Source: Octopus sinensis
Taxonomy: Eukaryota
Length of the DNA: 64,000 nucleotides
Reading direction: 5' to 3'
Assembly (NCBI RefSeq): GCF_006345805.1
Contig: NC_043020.1
Span: 22,692,001-22,756,000, forward strand
Positions within the stretch are counted from its first letter, which is position 1. Every line of letters starts with the position of its first letter. This document shows, piece by piece, positions 24,150 to 35,057 of this stretch. The notes under the pieces were generated by a model. The model worked only from the letters and a program-made list of their open reading frames with translations. It was not told the DNA's origin and ran no database searches. The position numbers and the translations under genes are program-made.

Positions 24150-24545
24150 ACTCTTACTCTTTACTTGTTTCAGTCATTTGACTGCAGCCATGCTGGAGCA
24201 CTGCCTTTAGTTGAGCAAATTGACCCCGGAACTTATTCTTTGCAAGCCCAGTATTTATTCTATCGGTCTCTTTTGCCGAAGCGCTAAGTTATGGGGGCGT
24301 AAACACACCAGCTTCGGTTGTCAAGCGATGCTAGGGAGACAAACACAGACGCACAAACATATACACACACATACATATATACGACAGGCTTCTTTCAGTT
24401 TCCGTCTACCAAATCCACTCACAAGGCATTGGTCGGCCTGAGGCTATAGCAGAAGACACTTGCCCAAGATGCCATGCAGTGGGTCTGAACCTGGAACCAT
24501 GTGGTTGGTAAGCAAGCTACTTACCACACATCCACTCCTGCACCT
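24150..24545 (-). mobile_element. SINE-A
   Basis: Reverse-complement copy. A more decayed copy follows at about 24655-25020. Confidence 0.8.
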
Positions 24546-25453
24546 GTATGTTTGTTAATTAAAATTATTTTCCTTTCTGGGTAGGTTGACCGAGAGCTAC
24601 CCTTGCTCAGCCTTAATCATTTACCTGCATCTCTGTGTAGGTCTGTCTTTTATCTCACTTATTTCAGTCATTTGACTCTGCCATGCTGGGGTTTTAATTG
24701 AATGAATTGACCCCAAGATTTTGTTTCTTTTAAACCTGGTACTTATTCTATCAGTCTCTTTCTGCTGAACTGCTAGTTTACGGAGACGTAAACACACCAA
24801 CACTGGTTGCCAAGTGGTGGTGGTGGTGGACAAACACAGATATAAACACACACACACACACAACAGGATTTCAGTCTCCATCTACCAAATCCACTCACAA
24901 GTCTTTTGTCGGCCTGAAGCTGTAATAGAAGACCCTTGTCCGAAGTGCTATCAAGTGGGAGTGAACTCAGAACCATGTAATTGGAAAGCAAGCTTCTCAT
25001 TACACAGCTGTACCTGTACCTAGGCAAAAAATTTTTTTTTGTAGAAGACTGACAGTTGCTTCTACAAAACGTTTGATGTCAAATAAGTTACCAAATAAGA
25101 ACCAGTGACACCAAAACAGAACTACCAAAAGAAAACACATCTGTATATTGTAGTGAATGCAGAAGAATTATACAAAATGAATTATGTGCAAACAAGCTTG
25201 AATGTAAAACAGAATCTAAAAGGATCGATTTTGCTAATGATTTAATAAATGAAGAAACGGATAACACCAGCAGACTCTTCCTTTATTTTCCATATATCCA
25301 CCCTCTTCTTCTTCGTTGGATGCTGTGCTTTTCTTTGTTCTTTCTTTTCTCTGACATGCTCTGCCTTCTTTTAAAACATATAATTTTTGTTTATTTCATG
25401 AGTTTGATTTGTATGGATTCGTTTTTCTTTGGGAAAATTGGTTTCTAATATTT

Positions 25454-25844
25454 AGGAGTGGCTGTGTGGTAAGTAGCTTGTTTACCAGCCACATGGTTCC
25501 GGGTTCAGTCCCACTGCGTGGCACCTTGGGCAAGTGTCTTCTACTATAGCCTCAGGCCGACCAAAGCCTTGTGAGTGGATTTGGTAGACGGAAACTGAAA
25601 GAAGCCCGTTGTATATATGTATATATATATGCGTGTGTGTGTTTGTGTGAGTGTATTTGTCCCCCTAGCATTGCTTGACAACCGATGCTGGTGTGTTTAT
25701 GTCCCTGTTACTTAGCGGTTCGGCAACAGAGACCGATAGAATAAGTACTGGGCTTACAAAAGAATAAGTCCCGGGGTCGAGTTGCTCGATTAAAGGTGGT
25801 GCTCCAGCATGGCCTCAGTCAAATGACTGAAACAAGTAAAAGAG
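25454..25844 (+). mobile_element. SINE-A interrupting a block paralogous to 3250-4160(-)
   Basis: The flanks rejoin to match the reverse complement of about 3630-3700. Confidence 0.8.
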
Positions 25845-27583
25845 AATCAATTATTCCACGAAGGTTTGCTTTGCCTTTCATCCTTTGGGGGCCGATAAAA
25901 TAAATATCAGCTGAGCACTGGATGGTCGATGTAATCGATTTATTCCCTCTTCCAGAATTGCTGGTTTTGTGCCAAAATGTGAAACGAATATTTAAAGAAT
26001 TTGTGAAAATTATAAAATTTGATTGTTATTTTATGAATCCACTTTAATGTGAAATGTAAATTATTACAATTAAAATCTCTTTGAACTATTTCTATGTTAG
26101 ATTTTGTTTAATGTGACTGGATGGGATAAGGATTCTATATTGAGTAAACACCATTTTAGTATCCACTTTCTCATGGCTGCATAGGTCAGATGGAATTTAG
26201 TGAGGTAGATTTTCTACTGCTAGATGCTCTACCTGTCAGATCTTTTCCTTTTGAACGGCACTTTGTAACATAATTTCTAGGTAACTAAAAACTTTTAAAC
26301 TTCGTATACTGGTAGAATGTGTTTATAAAACATCTTTTTCTCTTGGCTTTATTGAAAGTGCCATTCAAAAGGAAAAGATCCTACTTGTCTTCCATCCTCT
26401 CTATTTCCAAGCAAGATTGTAGTTCTCCATGGTTGCCTATACTTTTGTGGATGACTGGAAATGAGAGACACTGCTTGTATGATGGGATGGTCAGCTAAAT
26501 TTATATCTATCACATGATTTCGAAACAAGGACATGGATACACACATGCACGTGCATTTATATATGTATGGGTTTCTTCCAGTTACTGTCAACGAAATCCA
26601 CTCACAAGGCTTTGGTCAGCCCAAGGCTGCAGTAGAAGACACTTGTTTAGTATGTCCTGCAGTTGGATTGAATCTGAACCTGTGGTTGGGAAGCAAATGT
26701 CTTAATTGCACGGCCTTCGTGCACCAGGCAGTGGTTAAGCCTACTTTAACAGCATGAAACATTATTTCTGCACATGTATTTCTGCCAGATGTTACACATT
26801 GTTATATTTTATACTCGTCTCTACGTCTTCCCTTTGACTCTGTGGGACTTACGGTCACGAATAATTAGAGAAAAATTCTGGCCCAACACGTTGAGTATGC
26901 ACAAATGCAGAAACTACAAAAATATATAGAAATACTTTTAATTATCTGATGAAAAAATAAAGCTGTCTGCGTTTCCATCTGTTTATGGCCGTCAATACAA
27001 GGGAGATAACCAGCTTCTTCGAACGGGGAAAATTTCCAATTAATACACGGGCAAAGTCGCATAGAATTCTTATTAATGTCTTACGATGTTCTTGGAATTT
27101 CAAGCTGTATTTTTTATAGTCTTTCTAGAAGAGTCTCAGTTTTTAGACGCAGCAAATGATTTTAGCTCAAATACAGGCGATTCATTGGTTAAAATTCGAA
27201 AAATTAAATTATGTTAAACAAACGAATTACAAATTTATCAAGAAAGCCAAGTGAAAATAATGTTTTCTTTTGACACATTCTACCAGTATACGAAGTTTTA
27301 AAGTGTTTAGTTAACTAGAAATTGTGTTGAAAACTGCCGTTCAAAAGGAAAAGATCCGAGATGGTGATAACACCACTGTGACCCGACAAGTTCCTGTTAT
27401 CTAGGAACATAAAAACAATCATTGGGGCTCCATGCACAACAGGTCCCTGGGTGGTCAGACTGAACACTTCTCAGTAAATGTCAGGACTCGGGCTATAGAA
27501 AATTTGCCACATACATACCACAGTAAGATTAATTTCTCGATCTATCGTTCAAAGGAAAAGAGCCAACACATCGTACTTATACC

Positions 27584-27972
27584 TATTTCTTTACTACCCA
27601 CAAGGGGCTAAACGCAGAGGGTACAAACAAGGACAAACAAACGGATTAAGTCGATTATATCGAACCAGTGCGTAACTGGTACTTATTTAATCGACGCTGA
27701 AAGGCAAAGTCGACTTTGGTGGAATTTGAACTCAGAACGTAGTGGCAGACGAAATACCTATTTCTTTACTATCCACAAGGGGCTAAACACAGAGGGGACA
27801 TACAAGGACAGACAAACGGATTAAGTCGATTGTATCGACCCCAGTGCGTAACTGGTACTTATTTAATCGATCCCGAAAGGATGAAAAGCAAAGTCGACCT
27901 CGGCGGAATTTGAACTCAGAACGTAGCTAAGCATTTCGCCCGGCGTGCTAACGTGTCTGCCAGCTCGCCGCC
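27584..27972 (-). mobile_element. SINE-B tandem array: one head, two bodies
   Basis: Junction AAAGAAATA|GGTATTTCGTCTGCCA at 27743-27758. Confidence 0.85.
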
Positions 27973-28099
27973 CATCGATCGTAATGCAGTGTGCTATATC
28001 AATTTCTGTAGGTTTTAACGTTAAAACAAAAAAATATTATTATAAATGTGCACAAGCATGTATTTCAAAAGCAATAGGGAAAACAACAATTTTAATCCC

Positions 28100-28239
28100 T
28101 AGCCTCGTCGTGACGAGATACGAATCCACGGCTAAAAATAGTAGAGCTTATGGTCGTTAATTACTTTGTTAACATCTATGGAAGTCCAAGTGCGCTGAAG
28201 AGGTGAATCGCCCTAACTCACTGCTTATCTATGGAAACG
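28100..28239 (+). promoter_or_regulatory. Putative non-coding first exon / promoter of ZNF-4
   Basis: CGAGATACGAATCCACGGC at 28114-28132, and donor GGAAACG|GTAAGC at 28239/28240. Confidence 0.5.
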
Positions 28240-28319
28240 GTAAGCTGACAAAGGTTTCGATCATAGAATTATTCTAATTGTTATGCCCCTTGTGTTTTTT
28301 TTAGCTTATAAACATGTAC

Positions 28320-28588
28320 GGTACTACTAGTGAACACTGGTCCCGGTGCGCGCACTCGCACTAGCTAGTCTTAAGTAGTCGATCCTACAACGACTTTTTA
28401 ATCCTAACCCTAACCTTAGTTTGTTTATAAAAAAAATTATTTACTTTGTTTAAAAAACATTATTTAATTTTCTTTGATATGTATTCAGCCTTGAAATACA
28501 AACATACGCGCAAGTCGTATTTGGATCGACTACTTACGACTAGCTAGCGCGAGTGCGCGCACCGGGACCACTGTTCGCTAGTAGTACC
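28320..28588. mobile_element. MITE with ~66-bp TIRs and 9-bp TSD (Merlin- or Mutator-type)
   Basis: GGTACTACTAG...GTAGTCGATCC inverted at both ends, and AACATGTAC at 28311-28319 and 28589-28597. Confidence 0.85.
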
Positions 28589-28959
28589 AACATGTACATC
28601 TTTGTACATGTACATTGTTAAAAATAAGATTTTGTTGGCAAATTTTTAGATTAACATAGACATTAGTAAATATGAAGAATTAGTGAAATAGGTTTGATGA
28701 TATTTGAACGGTGAATCCTATTGAGCGGTTTCATTGATTTTTAAGCGGTATTTTTTCGTTATTTATCGCTTAATGACTTATGAAATTCGTTCAGGATTGC
28801 CGTTTCAAGTTGTTTCAGCTTACGTTCAGGATAGCAGTTTGAGTTAGGATTGAGTCTCCGTTTAAGGTCGCTGTCGTTTCAAGTTATGGGAAGCTGTAAT
28901 TATTGTTTAGTTAGCCTATACGAGGCCATTCAACGTTTCCAAATGAATGACAATGCATT

Positions 28960-29430
28960 CAATTTTTACGTGATCAACACTGAGTTCTACCAAATTCTGT
29001 AGAATGTTCACGTTGTCACTCGCCCTGTTTTCTTTGGGTTCCGACATTAACATGTGGCGATGTTGAAAGAGTGTGTCTCGTCCAAGAGGGGTATGTGGTT
29101 TCTCTGTTTCCGACCGCCAGAATACCTTTTTGGAATGAGCACATATTCCTGCCTGGAAAGTACTCCTGTTCATGAATCATTTCCTTGACCGGACATGGAA
29201 TCACAGGATTATGGTTCAAAACCTTGATATAAGTATACACACATCTGTTGACTGGCGGTCGTTTTTACTGTGAGGTTTTTTAATATTGGCTGGAACTGGT
29301 GCAAGACAAAATTGGACGTCCTGACGTTGAAGGCGAAATTGAGGAAAGAGTTATCGTTCGCCGCAACTACAACCGGGGGCGACGAGTAAAAACGGTCTTG
29401 TTGTTCGGTGGAAATGAAAGAGTTTGGAAA
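28960..29430 (+). pseudogene. Merlin (IS1016/ISXO2-like) transposase relic
   Basis: Frameshifted translation ECSRCHSPC..MWRC*K..C..S.RQNTFLE*AHIP..KVLLF..VDWRSF.CEV..KIGRPDVEGEIEE...RNYNRGRRV...LFGGNER matches the Merlin pattern C-x2-C/WRC/VDW/EIDES/KYNRGR/WVFGG.ER. Confidence 0.7.
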
Positions 29431-30222
29431 AAAAAACATTCATAGTGCCTTTAACGGATCTAGTCTCATTCGCAAAATGAACCCCCTTTAATTTTGCTCA
29501 GATTGCTTTCAATTCTGAATTTTTATTACGATCAAACAATTACTTTATCTCGTAAATTATAGAATCTGACGTTAGTCTAACACACACAGACACACACACA
29601 TACAGAGAAAGAGTCTACAGTATTGAAAACAGAACTACAATCTTGCTTGGAAATAGTGAGGATAGAAGACAGGTAGAGAGCATTTAGCTGTAGAAAATCT
29701 ACCTCACTAAATTCCATCTGACCTATGCAGCCATGAGAAATAAAGTACCGGTTTCGCACTGGGGTCGATGTAATCTACTTAATCCCTTTGTCTGTCCTTG
29801 TTTGTCCCCTGTAAGTTTAGCCCCTTGTGGGCAGTAAAGAAATAAATATTGAAAACAGTAGCTTGCATTGTTCAGTTAAAAGTTAATTTTATACTTATAC
29901 TTTGTTAGTGTAGAAACAGCAAAATTGCTGCATTTCAGCTTTTTTTTAAAACTAAATCTTTGTAATCCTGTCTTATTTCAGAATATGAGATGACATTGGC
30001 TTAAAGTATTTTTGTCTGTATTTCAGATACATCATCAATATTTTCCATTTACAAAGACTAAAAGAAGCTGTTGTACAGAACAGATGTAAACATGGAGAAA
30101 TTCAACTGTTTGCAGCTTCATCAGGTATTGACAACGATAAAAGTTTGTTGAAGTTTCAGAGAGTATATGTTTGTAGAAAGAAAATATCCAAAGGAAAAGA
30201 AGAAAAAACATCTGTATATTTT

Positions 30223-30541
30223 GACTTGACTTGACTTGAGACAGCATTCACCCGGGGTGGGTTGAGCTGGCTTCATTCATCCTCAATGCTGCATCTCTCA
30301 CAAACGCCGACCAGACCTGGCGATTTGAAGCTAACGACCGCGTGATTTCCAACCACTCCTTATTCCATTGGCGAATGCCGTAGACATGGGGGTCTAGGTT
30401 GGGTTCCAGATCAGCCTTGACTGTCATCAGCCAGGTTATTCGTTGTCCACCACATCGCTTTCACCAACCCTGAAGGGGAGCTGGGGCAATTGCTTCGTAG
30501 ATGAATTCTCCTGGTTGACGACGGAGGGCAAATATTCCTCA
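30223..30541 (-). mobile_element. 5'-truncated RTE-clade LINE, (CAAGT)n tail, 10-bp TSD, inside the ZNF-4 exon
   Basis: Translation GW*KRCGGQRITWLMTVKADLEP..YGIRQWNKEW...SNRQVW..RD, and TGTATATTTT at 30213-30222 and 30542-30551. Confidence 0.85.
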
Positions 30542-30566
30542 TGTATATTTTGGTGAGCATAGAAGT

Positions 30567-31583
30567 ATGGAAAACAAGCTGAATTATAAAACAAAACGTA
30601 AAAAGGCTGATTTTTCTGAAACGGCTCATATCAGCAGACATAAATATACTCAAACAGGTTATCATTCATACGACGACGTCTCTGGTAAATTATTCCCTCA
30701 AAAGATTATGGCAGATCAAAAATGCAGTTATATGAAAAAGAAGCCATACCAATGTAATATCTGTGGTAAGGCTTTCTCTGAGCGTAGTGACGTATGTAAA
30801 CACAAACGTACTCATACAGGTGAGAAACCACATCGCTGTGATGTCTGTGGTAAATCATTCTCTGAAAGTGGTAATTTAAGTAGACACAAACGCATTCATA
30901 CAGGTGAGAAGCCATATCGCTGTGATGTTTGTGGTACCTCTTTTACTTTAAATGGTCATTTAACTCGTCACAAACTCACTCACACAGGTGAGAAACCATA
31001 TCGGTGTGATACCTGTGGTGAATCTTTCTCTCGAAGTGTTCATTTAACTAAACACGAACGTATTCATACAGGTGAAAAGCCATATTGCTGTGTTACCTGT
31101 GGTAAATCATTCTCTCGGAATGAATACTTAATTAAGCATAAACGCACTCATACAGGAGAGAAGCCATACCATTGTGATACCTGTGGTAAGTCATATTCTG
31201 ATCATAGTTCCTTAATTACTCACTCACGTATACATACAGGTGTGAAACCATTTCGCTGTGATGTCTGTGGGAAATCTTTTGCTCTAAATAATTATTTAAC
31301 TAACCATAAACGTACTCATACGGGAGAGAAGCCATACATTTGTGACATCTGTGGTAAATCATTTTCTCAGAGAAGTTCCTTAAATAACCACTTGAATATT
31401 CATGCAAGAGGGAAACCATTCTGCTGTGATGTCTGCGGAAAATCTTTTACTTTAAATAGTTATTTAACCAGTCATAAACGCATACATTCAGAAGAGAAGC
31501 GATATAGTTGTGACTTGTGTAGTAAATCATTTTCTCAAAACAGTACCTTATTTAACCACTTACGTATTCATGCAAAGAAGTAA
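30567..31583 (+). CDS. C2H2 zinc-finger protein (ZNF-4): 338 aa, 10 intact fingers plus 1 degenerate
   Basis: Ten canonical C2H2 repeats and a MENKLNYKT leader shared with ZNF-3. Confidence 0.92.
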   Translation: MENKLNYKTKRKKADFSETAHISRHKYTQTGYHSYDDVSGKLFPQKIMADQKCSYMKKKPYQCNICGKAFSERSDVCKHKRTHTGEKPHRCDVCGKSFSESGNLSRHKRIHTGEKPYRCDVCGTSFTLNGHLTRHKLTHTGEKPYRCDTCGESFSRSVHLTKHERIHTGEKPYCCVTCGKSFSRNEYLIKHKRTHTGEKPYHCDTCGKSYSDHSSLITHSRIHTGVKPFRCDVCGKSFALNNYLTNHKRTHTGEKPYICDICGKSFSQRSSLNNHLNIHARGKPFCCDVCGKSFTLNSYLTSHKRIHSEEKRYSCDLCSKSFSQNSTLFNHLRIHAKK

Positions 31584-31798
31584 CCATATCACTAACAAGT
31601 CTTACCCTGAAATAAATCTCTATATATATAAACAGCAAATTATCCGTGTGTGTGTCCTTTATACAAATCCACAATTTTTCAGTTAGAGGGCTCGCACTTT
31701 CTATGGTCGTTCAAAACTGTCCAGGAGTGGTCGTGCACATCTTTACATTTCCCAAGTCACCCCGCAAAGCCATTAAAAAATCAATAGAAGTGACTTCT

Positions 31799-33164
31799 AT
31801 GCAGCCATAGAAAACACTGCCAAATTAGACTAGAGCCTGGCGCAGCCTTCCAGCATGCCAGCCCAGTCAAACTGTCCAACCCATACCAGCATGGAAAGGG
31901 GACGTTGATGATGATGATTGTTAATTTATGAATTCAATTTAATGTGAAATGTAAATTATCACAATTAAAATCTGTTTGTACTATTTCTGTGTTGGATTTT
32001 GTTTTATGTGACTGCATGGAATAAGGACTCAATACTGGGTAAGCATCATTTTAGCATCCACTTTTCCATTGTTGCACCTGTATCTTTATATACATGCATA
32101 TATGTATATATATATATATGTATATATATATGTATATATATATATATATGTATATGTATATATATATGTATATGTATATGTATATATATATGTATATATA
32201 TATATGTATTTGTATATATATATGTATATGTATATATATATGTATATGTATATATATATATGTATATATGTATGGGTCTCTTCCAGTTACAGTCTACCAA
32301 ATCCACTCACATGGCTTTGGTCAGCCCAAGGCTGCACTTGCCCAAGGTATCCTGTAATGGGATTGAACCTGACACTATGTGGTTGGGAAGCAAGCATCTT
32401 AATTGCACAGCCATACCTGCTACATCGAGCAGTGATTAAATCGACTTTCACAGCATCAAGAATTAATTCTGCACATGCATTTCTGTTAGATGCTGCACAT
32501 TGTTATATTTTATAGTCGACTCTGTGTCTTCGCTTTCACTCTGTAGGACTTCATCATCATCATTGTTCGACCGTGGTCGAGACAATGGAGTTTACGCCAG
32601 ACTTCACGGTCCATCATAGCATTACGGAGGTCCTGTTACTGGATGCCTGTATCCCTGGAGATTACATCAGGGTAGGAGAGTGTGCACCCTCTGGTATTGC
32701 GAGCAGATGGCTTCCAGAGGAGAAGAGCAGAAATTACTTCTTTTTCAGCTCTACAACAATGTCCAGCAAACTGGACTCTCCTACCTTTCACAAGAGATGA
32801 CACAGGTGGTAGTTTCCCATATATTTGCATTTTGGTTGGATGGCGCTTCCACGAGAGATTTTGAGCTCTCATAAGGAGGCGAGTGTAGGTTCCATCCAAC
32901 CGCCTCTCAAGCTTCTGTAGGACTTAGAGACTCGAATCATTGGAGACAGTTTCCAGCTCAGCGAGTTGAGTGTGCACCAATGCAGAAACTACAAAAATAC
33001 ACAGAAATACTTCGAATTATCTCTTGAGAAAATAAGACTGTCTGGTTATCAATACAAGGGAGATAACCATGTTTTTAAAACGGGCGAAATTTCAGATTAA
33101 TACACGGGCAAAGTTGCATAGAATTCTCATAATGTGTTACGATGTTCTTGGAATTTCAAGCTGT
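31799..33164 (-). repeat. Inverted near-identical duplicate of 1827-3023, with an expanded (TATATG)n tract
   Basis: Reverse complement of the first copy, including the RTE fragment at 32552-32913 (TSD TCTGTAGGACTT at 32540-32551 and 32914-32925). Confidence 0.9.
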
Positions 33165-33449
33165 ATTATTAAATAATATTTCTAGAAAAGATAATGATAA
33201 CATCACTGTGACCAGACATGTTCCTACTATCCAAGACCACAAAAACAATCAAAGGAGCTCAATGCACCGGCCCCTGGGTGGGCAGACTGAACATTTCTTC
33301 TCACCAAATGAATAAAACTCAAATATCAGCGCTTGATTGACTTTGTGTTTATGCAATCAGAAGTGGGTATGAGACTGCCTTCCAAATTGAATTAGAATTT
33401 GTGTACAATTTTCGTTTGTGCTGACACCCTCACATCCATTGCTATAGAG

Positions 33450-33668
33450 CAGTGGTTTTCAACCAGGGTTCCGCGGAACTTTAGGGTTCCGCCAGTACAT
33501 TCCAGGGGTTCCGCAAGAAGTTTCAAAACTGCTAAAATCGGCAGTAATTTTTAAGTCTCCTGTGCAGATATGTGTGCATAAGACTATTAAATTATAGCAC
33601 AGGGGTTCCCCGAGCCAGTGGAATGTTTCCTTGGGGTTCCGCTCCAGCAAAAAGGTTGAAAAGCACTG
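33450..33668. mobile_element. hAT (Charlie-like) MITE, 8-bp TSD
   Basis: CAGTGGTTTTCAACC ... GGTTGAAAAGCACTG, and CTATAGAG at 33442-33449 and 33669-33676. Confidence 0.9.
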
Positions 33669-34753
33669 CTATAGAGACATGTCTCTCAACTTATCAGGAG
33701 ATACAGCAACTGTTCATCTTTTGCCATTGGGTGTAAATTTTATATTGATGTTTGCTACAGCTAATTAAACTACAACAACAGGTACTAATTACAGTACAAC
33801 AACTCTATTACTAATGACTCTTCAATAAAAAGTATAATTCAACTGATTGATTCATTCTAATTGGTTAACTCCTTGACGCCGGTATTACCCGAAGCATGCA
33901 ATACACTACTCCGGTTTTTTTTTCATCCAATGAGGCCACACAAACAGTCAAGTGCCAACGAGCTCACGTCTATTTACGTTCACTGTTACAATAACATAGC
34001 GTCGTGCATTTACGTCTACCGGTTTATGAAAACGAATTATGTGAAGCTATTTATCATAATATAATAAGCACGAGTTATTCTGCTCAAGTTAAAAAAATAG
34101 CTTGCATGTGGTACAACTCAAAACACGGTATTATACATGTAAATTATTCGCATGTCATTGGTCTCATGATTTGAACCTAATAGCTAATAGCTAATAGCTA
34201 AGATAATGCACGGGACGGCGAGCGCCGCACCTCAAGCGATAAAGTACACGACAGTAAACATAAACATACGTCAGCCGCTAAAAACCGCTACAGTTGAACT
34301 TACGAGATGTCTAGCTGTTTTTTTTCTAGGGACGAAAATGGCCGCATAGAGGTTTCCCTCGTAAAACCTCAAGCAGAATATTCGCAGGAAGTCTTTTATG
34401 CTGGTGTGTTTGTTTTTGTTATTTTGAGCTGTGAACTGAGAGGGGATGTCTGGATTTTTCTTTCTGTGTAAATAATAAAAAAAAAATTTGATAATTCTAG
34501 TTAAACGAGTTGAAAGAATTATCAATGAGAAGCAATTCCTTCTTTATGATTGAAGAGTTATCTCCCATAGACTTGAGGTGAAGTATGCATTGGCGATAAC
34601 TAACCCCCATCCGTTGGCAGGAGCTATTTAAAAATATGGGAAGCGCTGTCTTCGCAGGTTTGCCCCCTTGGTAATTTTGGTAAGGGCTTTGTCGTGCTTT
34701 CGCTAGTACCTATTTTTTTTTAGTGCCTTTGGACATTAGTCAAATTGTGGGAG

Positions 34754-35057
34754 GGCGGCGAGCTGGCAGAATCGTTAGCACACCGGGCGAAATACTTAGC
34801 GGTATTTCATCTGCCGGTACGTTCTGAGTTCAAATTCCGCCGAGGTCGACTTTGTCTTTCATCCTTTCGGGGTCGATTAAATGAGTACCAGTTACGCACT
34901 GGGGTCGAGAGGACAAACAAGGGCAGACAAACGGATTAAGTCGATTATATCGACCCCAGTGATTAACTGGTACTTATTTAATCGACCCCAAAAGGATAAA
35001 AGGCAAAGTCGACCTCGGCGGAATTTGAACTCAGAACGTAACGGCAGACGAAATACC
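34754..35057. mobile_element. Two SINE-B copies fused tail-to-tail: (+) 34754-34908 and (-) 34909-35057. The minus copy hosts the LINE and its head is at 40425-40478
   Basis: Inverted SINE-B bodies joined at about 34908, both lacking their terminal tails. Confidence 0.8.

Noticed and set aside
28916-29173. Minus-strand 85-aa ORF with a WRS..H..RDTLF look-alike of a transposase N-terminus
   Set aside because: The plus strand gives a much better, colinear Merlin match across the same bases, so this is its antisense shadow.
33865-34092. TTAA-flanked segment, possible piggyBac MITE
   Set aside because: The termini are not convincingly inverted, and TTAA is frequent in AT-rich DNA.
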